NCBI GenBank assembly: GCA_964441945.1
Contig: CAYTWB010000002.1
Location: 51,213-115,212, forward strand
DNA: 64,000 bases
From: an uncultured Syntrophobacteraceae bacterium
GTDB taxonomy: Bacteria > Desulfobacterota > Syntrophobacteria > Syntrophobacterales > Syntrophobacteraceae
Direction of reading: 5' to 3'
Shown in pieces: positions 47,010-56,333 of this stretch; the stretch's first letter is position 1, and each line of letters starts with the position of its first letter. Under the pieces are notes generated by a model. The model had not been told where the DNA came from. It saw nothing but the letters and a program-made list of their open reading frames with translations, and made no database searches. The position numbers and the translations under genes are program-made.

Positions 47010-47579
47010 GTGAACCATCTCGCATCCGGCAGTCAATGGTCGGCTTTTGCGCTGTTGGCCGCCTTCATCCTTGTCATCCTGCTTGGGCGCTCTGATCAAA
47101 GGAACAGGCCGCCGTCCGATATTCCTCTTTTCCCTGTGGTCGTTGCTGTGGAGGGCGATGTCAGGGACCCCGGAGTCTATCTGTTTGATGGGCCGGAGGT
47201 GGCTGTCGGCCGGGCGATTGGCCGGGCCGGGGGGCTGCGAAATGGCGATTCCGGAATGGTTCCCCGTGACCTTGCCGTGCAGCGCATCGGGAATGGCCGG
47301 CTGGTCCGTGTTGCCCGGTCCGGCCAGGGTGATGTGGACATTCGCCTGGAGAGGATGCCTGCCGCCGTGCGGCTGACTTTGGGCGAAAAATTGAGTGTGA
47401 ATACCTCGACCGAAGAGGATCTGATGCTAGTCCCTCTGATGAAATCCGGATTTGCCGCGGAAATCGTGAACCGCCGCAGCGACCATGCCTGGCGGAGCCT
47501 GGATGATCTCGTTCAAATCCCCGGTATTGGTCCAAAAACCATCGAGAAATGGAAGAGATATCTGGATGTGAGGGAATGA
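47010..47579 (+). CDS. comEA: ComEA-family DNA-binding protein (TM anchor, SLBB domain, helix-hairpin-helix)
   Basis: The protein has an N-terminal TM segment (FALLAAFILVILLG), an SLBB-like VAVEGDVRDPGVYLF segment, and a C-terminal VNTSTEEDLMLVP…IPGIGPKTIEKW HhH motif. The start is GTG. Confidence 0.75.
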   Translation: MNHLASGSQWSAFALLAAFILVILLGRSDQRNRPPSDIPLFPVVVAVEGDVRDPGVYLFDGPEVAVGRAIGRAGGLRNGDSGMVPRDLAVQRIGNGRLVRVARSGQGDVDIRLERMPAAVRLTLGEKLSVNTSTEEDLMLVPLMKSGFAAEIVNRRSDHAWRSLDDLVQIPGIGPKTIEKWKRYLDVRE

Positions 47580-47635
47580 ACAGGGACCGCCGGAATCGCC
47601 GGCGGCTTCTGTGATGAAAGGCACGGGAGGGAAAT

Positions 47636-49561
47636 ATGAGGCAAAGCGGTGCAGTGGTGTATGAGGGGAGTCTCTTGACCGAACACGACATCTACCTGTT
47701 CAAGGAAGGCAGCCATTTCAAGCTTTTCGAAAAACTGGGGGCGCACCCGGTGGAAGTGAAGGGGACCTCGGGGACCCACTTTGCAGTGTGGGCGCCGAAT
47801 GCGGAACAGGTCACCGTTATGGGTGATTTCAACGAGTGGAACAAAACATCCCATCCATTGAGGGTCAGAGGCGACGGGTCCGGCATATGGGAAGGTTTTC
47901 TTCCGGGGCTGGACGTGGGCAGCATCTATAAATACCATATCGCTTCCAGGCACGACGGGTACCGTGTCGATAAATTCGATCCCTTTGCCTTCCGATCCCA
48001 GTTACCTCCTGAAACGGCTTCGATCGTTTGGGACCTTCATTATGATTGGAATGATGCCGAATGGATGCAGGGAAGGCATAAGGCCAATGCTCTGGACGCG
48101 CCGGTCTCCATCTATGAAATGCATCTCGGATCCTGGCGAAAGCTCCCGGAAGAAGACGACCGGCCGCTCACCTACCGTGAAATGGCCGAGCATCTGCCGG
48201 GGTATCTCTGCCGGATGGGTTTTACCCACGTGGAATTCCTGCCCGTTATGGAGCATCCATTTTATGGTTCTTGGGGCTATCAGACGGTGGGCTACTTCGC
48301 ACCCACTGCCAGGTATGGAACACCCCAGGATTTCATGTTTCTGGTTGACGAGCTTCATCGCCACGGGATTGGGGTTATTCTGGATTGGGTGCCTTCGCAC
48401 TTCCCCAGCGACGAACATGGGTTGGCCTATTTCGATGGGAGCTACTTGTTCGAACATGCCGACCCCAAACAGGGATTCCATCCCGAATGGAAGAGTACCA
48501 TCTTTAACCACGGGCGGTACGAGGTTCGCTCATTCCTCATCAGCAGTGCATTGTTCTGGCTCGATCGATACCACGTCGACGGATTGAGAGTGGATGCGGT
48601 TGCATCGATGCTCTATCTGGATTATGCGAGAAATGAAGGGGAGTGGGTTCCAAATGTCTACGGCGGCAGGGAAAACCTGGATGCGATCTATTTCCTGAGG
48701 CGATTCAACGAAGTCGTCTACGAGCACTATCCGGATGTGCAGACAATCGCTGAGGAGTCCACCGCATGGCCTATGGTTTCCAGACCGGCTTATGTCGGGG
48801 GATTGGGGTTCGGCATGAAGTGGAACATGGGATGGATGCACGACACCCTGGACTATCTCTCGAAGGAAACGGTCCATCGAAAATACCATCACAATCAGCT
48901 CACGTTCAGCATCTGGTACGCTTTCTTTGAGAATTTCGTGCTGCCGTTGTCTCACGATGAGGTCGTCTATGGAAAGGGTTCCCTGATTCGGAAAATGCCG
49001 GGCGACGACTGGCAGAGGTTTGCCAATCTGAGGCTTCTGTTCGGGTATATGTACGGCCATCCCGGAAAGAAGCTTCTGTTCATGGGGGGTGAATTCGGTC
49101 AGTGGGATGAATGGTATCATGAGAAAAGCCTGGACTGGCACCTGCTGGATTGCCCCTATCATCAGGGGGTTCAGAGGGCGATGCAGGACTTGAACAGGAT
49201 TTACCGAAATGAAGCAGCCCTTTATGAACTGGATTTCAGCCCGGACGGCTTCGAATGGGTCGATGCGTGCGATGCCGATACGAGTGTGATCAGCTTCTTG
49301 AGGAAGGGAAAGAGCTCACGCGACGTCATCCTGGTGGTTGCCAATTTCACACCCGTTCCCAGAACGCATTATCGATTGGGAGTCCCGAGAGGCGGCTTCT
49401 GGGCGGAAATATTCAACAGCGATGCCGGGATTTACGGCGGCAGCGATCACGGGAATCTTGGAGGCATGGAGGCGGAGCCGATCCGCTCCCATGGAAGACC
49501 TGCCTCGCTTCCGCTGGTGTTGCCTCCACTGGGGGTGCTCTTTCTTAAAAACCAGGGGTGA
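47636..49561 (+). CDS. glgB: 1,4-alpha-glucan branching enzyme
   Basis: GH13 motifs: [45 protein letters not shown]. 641 aa. Confidence 0.95.
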   Translation: MRQSGAVVYEGSLLTEHDIYLFKEGSHFKLFEKLGAHPVEVKGTSGTHFAVWAPNAEQVTVMGDFNEWNKTSHPLRVRGDGSGIWEGFLPGLDVGSIYKYHIASRHDGYRVDKFDPFAFRSQLPPETASIVWDLHYDWNDAEWMQGRHKANALDAPVSIYEMHLGSWRKLPEEDDRPLTYREMAEHLPGYLCRMGFTHVEFLPVMEHPFYGSWGYQTVGYFAPTARYGTPQDFMFLVDELHRHGIGVILDWVPSHFPSDEHGLAYFDGSYLFEHADPKQGFHPEWKSTIFNHGRYEVRSFLISSALFWLDRYHVDGLRVDAVASMLYLDYARNEGEWVPNVYGGRENLDAIYFLRRFNEVVYEHYPDVQTIAEESTAWPMVSRPAYVGGLGFGMKWNMGWMHDTLDYLSKETVHRKYHHNQLTFSIWYAFFENFVLPLSHDEVVYGKGSLIRKMPGDDWQRFANLRLLFGYMYGHPGKKLLFMGGEFGQWDEWYHEKSLDWHLLDCPYHQGVQRAMQDLNRIYRNEAALYELDFSPDGFEWVDACDADTSVISFLRKGKSSRDVILVVANFTPVPRTHYRLGVPRGGFWAEIFNSDAGIYGGSDHGNLGGMEAEPIRSHGRPASLPLVLPPLGVLFLKNQG

Positions 49562-49734
49562 GGGGCGAATAGATCCGGACCGGGTGCTTCCCGATGCTGA
49601 ACAAAAATCCCGATTGACCGGTTGATTATTTCCATGTAAAGAGACTCAATCGAGATGAGATTGAAGGACCGTCTGGTCGTGGAGCTGTGGCAGTGATCAT
49701 TTGTAGCGATGTCCTCGAGCGAACCTGCAAGAAC

Positions 49735-51042
49735 ATGATCGAGAATATACTCGCCTGTATGCCTCACGCCACTAAAGGGACGATCTACCGCATTGGCCCA
49801 ATGCCTCAGTTGCAGGCAGTTCGTGTCACTTCCGGGATTCGACTCCGGGATTCCGAAGAGATTCGATGGGGCTTGCCGCAAATATCGGACTACAATTTCC
49901 CGGGAAAGAGCTGGGGGCAGTACCATGACCGGCCGGGTCACCTGATGGAAGCGATGGGCTGGTGCACGGAAAGGCAGAGAAGCTGGACAGCGGAGAATCC
50001 TTACGATGACATTCGAAGCGTCCGCAAGCAGCTCAGAGGGGAAATTGAAGACTACTATCACATGGAGCCGGTTCTCGTCAGGAAATCCGACCTTTACTGG
50101 CAACAGGACGGCGTGTCCGAATATCCCCTGGATCACGAGGGCAAACCCATCTGGCAAGAATCCGAGTATGTTGTCGTGGCTGCCATCAAGATTCACTTCC
50201 AGCCGGAAACGATCAAGATTGGTGACGGCTCAACGAAGATCATCAAGAAGCTTTCCCGGACTTTGGGCACCGAACTGCTCTCTCACCATATTCGTGAAAG
50301 CCTGTCGCAGGCGCGAGATGCCCTGAACCGTCAAAGGATTCAAAGCTGCAATAGTGTAGCCCATGAAATGAGAAATGCGGTGGCAAAGCTGGGCTTCATT
50401 TTCTCCGCCATCAACACAGAAATAGGGTATTTGCGGGAACAGTGGGAGGCTCAGCTGGAGAAAGCCTTTCCCGAGAAATCGAGCAAAAGGTCGATCCTTG
50501 ATCGGCTCAATCAGCTGATCGAGACCGATCTGCTGGAGTCGAACGGTTCCGGGGAGCTGGGAGAGCTGGCCAGGGAGTTGTTGAACGACCAGCAGCAACT
50601 GGCCCGCATGCCGCTTCTGCCGCACATCGGGGAGAGATGGGTCAAGAATCGACTCCGCCCGAAGTGGACCTGGCTGTTGTCCAACACTTCCGCATTGAGT
50701 GGGAAAGGGGAAGAGATAGAGCGGCTTCTCGATCAGTTGGAGAAGGCGCTCTGGGCCGGCACGGACAGGGACCTCGCCTGCAAGGTGGAACACCTGCCTC
50801 CGGAGCTTAGAACCATCTGGCCCAAGCTGGCCTATGTGGACTTCACGGCCGACAACAAGGAAGTGTTGGATGAAATCATGTATTTCCTGGATCACCCCGC
50901 ACTGGAAATGCCCCACCGTCAGCAGACGAAAAAGATCCTCACCTCTCTTAGAGCGCTGGTGGATTTGATTCCGGAGCTGGAAGAGAGGACGAACCGAATC
51001 ATCTGTTCCTTGAAGAATGGTTCGTCATTGGAAGCTCATTGA
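49735..51042 (+). CDS. Hypothetical protein: GAF-like N-domain, HisKA-like H-box helix and a helical C-terminus; no HATPase_c motifs
   Basis: ATG at 49735 (GTG 49687 is also possible). …EYVVVAAIKIHFQPETI… resembles the end of a GAF fold. SVAHEMRNAVAKL resembles the H-box SHELR.PL. I could not find an N-box or the G1/G2 boxes in the remaining ~220 aa. Confidence 0.6.
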   Translation: MIENILACMPHATKGTIYRIGPMPQLQAVRVTSGIRLRDSEEIRWGLPQISDYNFPGKSWGQYHDRPGHLMEAMGWCTERQRSWTAENPYDDIRSVRKQLRGEIEDYYHMEPVLVRKSDLYWQQDGVSEYPLDHEGKPIWQESEYVVVAAIKIHFQPETIKIGDGSTKIIKKLSRTLGTELLSHHIRESLSQARDALNRQRIQSCNSVAHEMRNAVAKLGFIFSAINTEIGYLREQWEAQLEKAFPEKSSKRSILDRLNQLIETDLLESNGSGELGELARELLNDQQQLARMPLLPHIGERWVKNRLRPKWTWLLSNTSALSGKGEEIERLLDQLEKALWAGTDRDLACKVEHLPPELRTIWPKLAYVDFTADNKEVLDEIMYFLDHPALEMPHRQQTKKILTSLRALVDLIPELEERTNRIICSLKNGSSLEAH

Positions 51043-51095
51043 TCGACCCCATCCGCAACCGTTTCACCACCCCCCATCGCGCCGCCAATCAGTAA

Positions 51096-51225
51096 GAGAC
51101 AGGCTCAGAACTTGCTCACCCCGTCACCCCGGCGAACGCCGGGATCCAGAACACCTATGAGTACCTGGATTCCGGCTTTCGCCGGAATGACGTTCAACGG
51201 CCTTGGCGCCATTTTGAGATAGTCT
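51096..51225. mobile_element. MITE family 1, second near-full copy (inverted relative to 31747-31880; left terminus degenerate)
   Basis: …ctcagaacttgctcaccccgtcaccccggcgaacgccgggatccaga…ggattccggctttcgccggaatgacgttcaacggcc…ttttgagatagtc. It lies between convergent genes. Confidence 0.75.
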
Positions 51226-51262
51226 CTAAGCGCGTCGAGCCCTGCCCGAAGAGAAGGCATTT

Positions 51263-52714
51263 TCATCGCACTTGCCTGTTGATTCTTTCCTCCAGGACGT
51301 AGTGGACGGTGACCTTCTCGTTCGAGCTCGAAATCAGTTTCAGGGAGGGCGGGGTGAGCACCAGTGTGGTTGTCAGGGAGCCCGATTTCTCCAGGCTGTC
51401 CAAACGAACAGGTGCTGTATAGATGGTATTGACCTGTTCAAGGATCTGCCTGCCTCCGACGACCTTGACCGTTTCCGGTGCCAGGCTGACCTTCACCAGG
51501 TTGAGGTTTTCCGGGAGCTTTCCCGACCAGTCTACCTGGATCGGCAGTTCCCTGGTGATGGGAACATCGAGGTGAACGTCGATGGTCGACGGTTGCACTT
51601 TGTTGAGGAAAATGCCTGGAGGCAAGATGACATTGTCCTGGGTGATCGGAAAAACGTTGCGTCCCTCGACTGCCCTGCCGAGATCCACCCGCACCAGTAC
51701 CTGTCCCGGTTTCAACGACTTGATCAGCGCACTCGATCCGTAAAGCTGCACACGCGCTTCATCGGTTGAGGTATCCAGGATTTCGAGTGAGAGCGAGCGG
51801 TTGATGTATTCGATGGGAGCATTCATGGTGGTAATGGTGTCCTGGCTTCGAGTGAAGCCGAACCAGATGCCTGTTATGATCAAAAGGGAAAGTACCGCCG
51901 CAATGGTGAGCCTGAGGCGTTCTCGTTTCTGAGTGCTGAAGCGTGCACCGTCCGAGAGATTGAGCTGCCGGTTGATGAACTGGGCCAGTTCTTCCGGCTG
52001 GCTGAAAGGGGTGAAGGTGTTGCCTTTGGCGGCAGTCACCTGGCCTCGCTCTTCCGAAACGACGATGACGAGTGCATCACTGCGTTCCGCAAGGCCCAGC
52101 GCTGCACGATGCCGGGTCCCGTAATAGGACGGCAAATCCTGGCGCTGGGAAAGAGGCAGGAGAACTCCGACCTCGATAATGTGGTTGCCTCGTATGACAA
52201 CGGCGCCGTCATGAACGGGGTTGTTCGGCCAGAAGATACTCAGCAACATCTCCTGAGAGACGGTCCCCTGCCAGGGAATGCCGCCGTGAACGAACTCTCC
52301 GAGGTCCTCTTTTACTGGAAGGACGATCAAAGCGCCGATCCGCTTCTTGGCCATCTGGTAGACACTCTGTACGATAATATCGACCGGTGTGGCCTGCTCC
52401 CGGATGGGAGACCCCCAGATGAAGGTCTTGAGATTGCGGACCTGGAGGGCTGTGCGGATCTCGTTTCTGAAGACCACGATGATGATGACCGCCGCCGCTG
52501 TGGTGATGCCTCTCACTGCCCAACTGGTGAGAATCAGGCCGATGGATGCCGCCACTTCCTGTAGGATCCACAGTGATGTAATGCCTGCAAGGACGCGGAA
52601 GGCGTTTGTGCCATGGAAAAGCACATACACCCGGAAAAGGATGTAGCTGCCGACAATGATATCAACAAGGTCTTGCCAGCGAATGGTTGATAGGAATTTG
52701 AGGAAACCTGTCAT
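51263..52714 (-). CDS. cdaA: Diadenylate cyclase CdaA fused in-frame to a CdaR/YbbR-domain regulator module
   Basis: Three N-terminal TM helices are followed by a DAC domain (HDGAVVI, YGTRHRAALGL, VVSEERG). The ORF then continues without a stop into a TM helix (LTIAAVLSLLIITGIWFGF) and repeated YbbR-like beta domains. The start is ATG 52714 (or GTG 52726). Confidence 0.8.
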   Translation of the reverse strand: MTGFLKFLSTIRWQDLVDIIVGSYILFRVYVLFHGTNAFRVLAGITSLWILQEVAASIGLILTSWAVRGITTAAAVIIIVVFRNEIRTALQVRNLKTFIWGSPIREQATPVDIIVQSVYQMAKKRIGALIVLPVKEDLGEFVHGGIPWQGTVSQEMLLSIFWPNNPVHDGAVVIRGNHIIEVGVLLPLSQRQDLPSYYGTRHRAALGLAERSDALVIVVSEERGQVTAAKGNTFTPFSQPEELAQFINRQLNLSDGARFSTQKRERLRLTIAAVLSLLIITGIWFGFTRSQDTITTMNAPIEYINRSLSLEILDTSTDEARVQLYGSSALIKSLKPGQVLVRVDLGRAVEGRNVFPITQDNVILPPGIFLNKVQPSTIDVHLDVPITRELPIQVDWSGKLPENLNLVKVSLAPETVKVVGGRQILEQVNTIYTAPVRLDSLEKSGSLTTTLVLTPPSLKLISSSNEKVTVHYVLEERINRQVR

Positions 52715-52741
52715 GGCAGAATTCACTAAGAGTGCAAAGAT

Positions 52742-53293
52742 CTAGTCCGCGATACTGAACCGAAGTACGGTGAGAACACGCCCGTTTTGATCGGTAATTT
52801 CCACCCGCCACGGACCCTTGTCCGTATCACGAAGCTGGATCACGCTGTATGTAGACCACTTGGGAGGGTAGATCCTGAGCTTGATTTGAGTGCTGAGCTC
52901 TTCGCGGTGGAACCAGCGGTGGTAGACGAGAGTCGCCTGAGGCACTGGATCGAACGAAGTGAAACAGCAGACCTGCCCGTTGGATACCGAGAACACCATG
53001 CCGGGTCGAATGGGTGCCAGGTTCTCAACCCTCTCGCACATGGATGCCTCAGTCAGCTTGATCTTGTGGGACGCTTCGGAAGGCTGCGCCGGTTGCGGTG
53101 AACCGGCGGGGGCAGTTGCCTGGGCCAGGATGCTCAATGGAGCGATCGTAGCGAGCATTGCCGGGAGCAGGGCCACGATGAGAAGGAGTCTCCCCAGCCC
53201 AGTGCGTCGGATGGCTTTTTCAGGGAGCGGGGCGAAGGCTGTGTGGGACCTGCCGGAAACTGGGCAGCCTTCATTCGATTGTGGCGGCTTCAT
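52742..53293 (-). CDS. DUF2914-like protein with an N-terminal membrane anchor or signal
   Basis: ATG 53291-53293. The hydrophobic segment is LLLIVALLPAMLATIAPLSILA. The C-terminus, …GQVCCFTSF…LVYHRWFHREE…IYPPKWSTYS…KGPWRVEITDQNGRVL, matches the DUF2914 pattern as I recall it. Confidence 0.65.
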   Translation of the reverse strand: MKPPQSNEGCPVSGRSHTAFAPLPEKAIRRTGLGRLLLIVALLPAMLATIAPLSILAQATAPAGSPQPAQPSEASHKIKLTEASMCERVENLAPIRPGMVFSVSNGQVCCFTSFDPVPQATLVYHRWFHREELSTQIKLRIYPPKWSTYSVIQLRDTDKGPWRVEITDQNGRVLTVLRFSIAD

Positions 53294-53539
53294 CTCTATT
53301 ACCCCCCCATGACCCTGTCGGATCGGAACAAAAAATGAAAATGCGGGTTGGCCTCTGGGACCCGTAGCCCGCAATGTGCCACTCGGCACCTGCCTTCTAT
53401 GTAGACACAAAAACGGTGAAGAGGGCAAGAAAAACTGATCGACTGGGTGAAAAAAGAAACAGCGGGGCCCCGGACGGAGGGCTTAAGAGGCAGCTCTGTG
53501 AGAAGGGTGGTCTGAAAATCCGAGCCATGGCAGGGCACA

Positions 53540-53567
53540 TTGACATACCTCGAGGATTCGGTAGAAT
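53540..53567 (+). promoter_or_regulatory. Near-consensus sigma-70 promoter TTGACA-N16-TAGAAT
   Basis: -35 at 53540-53545 and -10 at 53562-53567. It lies ~245 nt upstream of the alaC-like start, and no other plus-strand gene is upstream. Confidence 0.6.
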
Positions 53568-53601
53568 AGAGCACCAGTGAGTGACTGCAGGAGTGTTTTC
53601 A

Positions 53602-53688
53602 ATGACAGTGTACAACAAACTTTCGGCGTTGGCCGCCGCCGCAAACAGGTCAGCCTGGGCGTCGGTCGGTGCCGTAGCAATCCACTAG
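53602..53688 (+). CDS. Candidate 28-codon Ala-rich leader peptide MTVYNKLSALAAAANRSAWASVGAVAIH
   Basis: An AGGAG lies 8 nt upstream of ATG 53602. Nine of the 28 codons are Ala, including four consecutive ones (gcc gcc gcc gca, 53632-53643). It lies between the promoter and the terminator. It is too short to appear in the ORF track. Confidence 0.4.
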   Translation: MTVYNKLSALAAAANRSAWASVGAVAIH

Positions 53689-53743
53689 CGAAGGTCCCTG
53701 CTGAAAGCCATGGGCTGAAGGGCCGACCCATGGCGTCTTGAAG

Positions 53744-53775
53744 CCCTGGGCCGGGTTGCCCGGGGTTTTCTTTTT
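53744..53775 (+). terminator. Intrinsic terminator 36 nt upstream of the aminotransferase start codon
   Basis: CCCUGGGC-CGGGUU-GCCCGGGG forms 8 bp (one G-U pair), followed by UUUUCUUUUU. Confidence 0.65.
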
Positions 53776-53811
53776 GGATGGCCGGAGAGAGTTGGGGAAG
53801 GGAGTGAAAGA

Positions 53812-55032
53812 ATGAAGGCCACAGATTCTGTTGTGCGATTTGCTCAGCGGATGGAGCAGTTGCCCCCCTATCTTTTTGGCACGATAAACAAGATGAGGAT
53901 GGAGAAACGTTCGCAGGGCCATGACGTTATTGATCTGGGTATGGGTAATCCGACGGATCCGGCGCCCGAAGCCGTGACGCAGAAGCTCTGTGAAGTGGTC
54001 CAGGACCCCAAGAGCCATCGCTATCCGGTGGCCGCCGGATTGCGGAATCTACGCCGGGAAATTGGCCACTATTATGGCCGGGACTATGGCGTCGACCTGG
54101 ACAGCGAGGCGGAAGTCATTTGCACCATCGGCTCTAAAGAGGGGATATCGCATCTGTGTCTCGCTCTGGTTGGACCCGGAGACACCGTGCTGGTACCGAC
54201 CCCTGCCTTCCCAATCCACATCTATTCGACCATTATTGCCGGCGGCAATGTCATACGCATCCCTCTGGCCAGTGAGGAAACCTTTCTTGAGCGAATCGCA
54301 ACCATGTGCGAGTCGCTCTATCCGACCCCCAAAGTGCTGATCCTCAACTACCCGCACAATCCCACAGCCACGGTCGCCAGCATGGGGTTTTTTCAGGAAG
54401 TCGTTCGGCTGGCGCGAAAGTACCGATTCATGGTCATTCACGACTTTGCCTATGGCAAGATCGGCTTTGACGGCTTTGTCTCGCCAAGCTTTCTTCAGGT
54501 GCCTGGGGCGATGGAGGTCGGAGTGGAATTTGGTACTTTTTCCAAATCCTATAACATGGCGGGGTGGCGGATTGGCTACTGCGTGGGCAACAGGGAAATC
54601 ATTCAGGGGCTCGCCAGGGTCAAGGGATATTACGACTACGGCATCTTTTCGGCTATTCAGATAGCGGGCATCGTTGCGCTCAGGGACTGTGCCGCAGAGG
54701 TTGCGGAACAGGTTCGAATCTATCAGCAACGCCGAGACGTCCTTTGCCGGGGCCTCAGGCGGATTGGATGGCCGGTTGCCGAACCTAATGCGGGCATGTT
54801 CGTTTGGGCGAAAATCCCGGGGCCTTTCGACCGGATGGGTTCCATGGCCTTTGCCTTGAAGCTCATGGAAGAGGCCAATGTGGCGGTGGCTCCGGGGATT
54901 GGTTTTGGCGACGAAGGGGAGGGGTATCTGAGGCTGGCCCTTGTGGAAAACGAACACAGGATCCGCCAGGCCCTGAGGCAAATCGGCCGGTTCCTGCGTG
55001 ATCAGCCGCAGGATGAGAGTGATGAAGAATGA
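53812..55032 (+). CDS. alaC: Class I/II PLP-dependent aminotransferase, AlaC (YfdZ)-like glutamate-pyruvate aminotransferase
   Basis: Colinear similarity to E. coli AlaC as recalled: R…LPPY.F…D.IDL.MGNP…HRY…IGSKEG..HL.LA…GDTVLVP.P..PIH.Y…FSKSYNMAGWRIGY…YDYG.F…GIGFG..G…R.AL.EN..RIRQA. Confidence 0.85.
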   Translation: MKATDSVVRFAQRMEQLPPYLFGTINKMRMEKRSQGHDVIDLGMGNPTDPAPEAVTQKLCEVVQDPKSHRYPVAAGLRNLRREIGHYYGRDYGVDLDSEAEVICTIGSKEGISHLCLALVGPGDTVLVPTPAFPIHIYSTIIAGGNVIRIPLASEETFLERIATMCESLYPTPKVLILNYPHNPTATVASMGFFQEVVRLARKYRFMVIHDFAYGKIGFDGFVSPSFLQVPGAMEVGVEFGTFSKSYNMAGWRIGYCVGNREIIQGLARVKGYYDYGIFSAIQIAGIVALRDCAAEVAEQVRIYQQRRDVLCRGLRRIGWPVAEPNAGMFVWAKIPGPFDRMGSMAFALKLMEEANVAVAPGIGFGDEGEGYLRLALVENEHRIRQALRQIGRFLRDQPQDESDEE

Positions 55033-55060
55033 GGTCTTTCGAAACAGGCGGCTTGGCCCG

Positions 55061-55723
55061 ATGAAACGGCTCAGGCCCTTCGGTGCGGCTGCGTGCTGTT
55101 CTGCTCTGCTGACTGCAATCTCCCTGAGTATTATTGCCCCCGGATGGAGTTGGGGACGCTCTTTCCCCGCCTCCGGAAAGGTCGTTTTTGTTTGCGACGG
55201 CGATACCGTCATTCTGGAGAGTGGAGAGAGGGTCCGCTATTTGGGCGTCGATGCGCCGGAAGTGGCGCACGAACGCACTGAAGCGGACTGTTTCGGAATG
55301 GAGGCAAAAAAGGCGAACAGCGACATGGTTTTGCATCAGCAGGTGTCGTTGAAATATGAGCGGGAGGCGGTCGATCCACACGGTCGCTTGCTCGCTTATG
55401 TGAACCTGCCGGACGGCCGGTGTGCCAACCTGGAAATGGTGAGGGCCGGCTGTGCGCTCGTCTACCGATCATCCAAGGACTTCGGACGAATCGAGGAGTT
55501 CCTTTTGCTGCAACGAGAGGCGATCTTCAAGCACAAAGGCATGTGGGGGGCCTGTTCCGTGAAGCCTGCGGAAGCTTACATGGGAAACAAAAGAAGTTTT
55601 GTCTTTCATCGCCCGGATTGTGCAAAGGGGAGGAAGACAGCCGTGAGAGAGCGGGTCAGCTTCGCAGATCGTTGGGCAGCGCTGGAGAAGGGTTTTCGAC
55701 CCTGCCGCTTCTGTAAACCTTGA
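55061..55723 (+). CDS. Secreted thermonuclease (SNase) family protein with a C-terminal Ada-like Cys zinc motif
   Basis: ATG 55061 gives MKRLRPFGAAACCSALLTAISLSIIAP, a signal-like sequence. The SNase core reads V.DGDT…VRYLGVDAPE…DPHGRLLAYV. The C-terminus reads FHRPDC…RPCRFC. Alternative start at 55022. Confidence 0.75.
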   Translation: MKRLRPFGAAACCSALLTAISLSIIAPGWSWGRSFPASGKVVFVCDGDTVILESGERVRYLGVDAPEVAHERTEADCFGMEAKKANSDMVLHQQVSLKYEREAVDPHGRLLAYVNLPDGRCANLEMVRAGCALVYRSSKDFGRIEEFLLLQREAIFKHKGMWGACSVKPAEAYMGNKRSFVFHRPDCAKGRKTAVRERVSFADRWAALEKGFRPCRFCKP

Positions 55724-55740
55724 CCGGGAAAGGAGATGAT

Positions 55741-56202
55741 ATGACCAGGCGGTATCCCGAACAGCCTCTGGTGGGGGTCGGGGCGATCATTCTCCGCGGC
55801 GATCAGGTGCTCCTGGTGAAGAGGGGCAATGAACCGTCCTACGGAAGATGGTCTATTCCGGGCGGGCTGGTGGAGCTTGGGGAGTCTCTGAAAGAAGCGG
55901 TGGCACGGGAAGTCAAAGAGGAAGTCGGTCTGGATGTCCAGGTTCGTGACCTGGCGGCGGCGCTGGACCGGGTGATCCCGGATCAACTGGGTAGAATTGA
56001 GTACCATTACATTCTTCTCGATTTTGTCTGCGACTACCAGGGCGGGGAGCCCTCCCCGTCGAGCGATGTTCTGGATTGTGCCTTCGTTCCCATCCGATCC
56101 TTGTCCCGGTACGATCTGACCCGCGGCACCGAGCGGGTTATCCTCCGTCTCTTCGAACCGGTACAGGGGACACGTCCTTTCACCTACGACGATTCGCTGT
56201 AG
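55741..56202 (+). CDS. NUDIX hydrolase
   Basis: Nudix box GGLVELGESLKEAVAREVKEEVGLDV. ATG 55741 follows AAGGAG. Confidence 0.85.
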   Translation: MTRRYPEQPLVGVGAIILRGDQVLLVKRGNEPSYGRWSIPGGLVELGESLKEAVAREVKEEVGLDVQVRDLAAALDRVIPDQLGRIEYHYILLDFVCDYQGGEPSPSSDVLDCAFVPIRSLSRYDLTRGTERVILRLFEPVQGTRPFTYDDSL

Positions 56203-56333
56203 CTGCGTCAGTCGGCTGTTCCTCCGTGTGCAGACGATTCTCTCCTTTCCACCGACAAGTTGCTTGACATTGGGTTCGGAGTATGGTTTATGACCGACCA
56301 GTCCGTCAAGGATGTGCTCGAAGGAAAGGTGCG

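Noticed and set aside
54049-55212. 387-aa minus-strand ORF opposite the aminotransferase
   Set aside because: It is the antisense of a full-length AlaC-like gene that carries the PLP-Lys motif SKSYNMAGWR.
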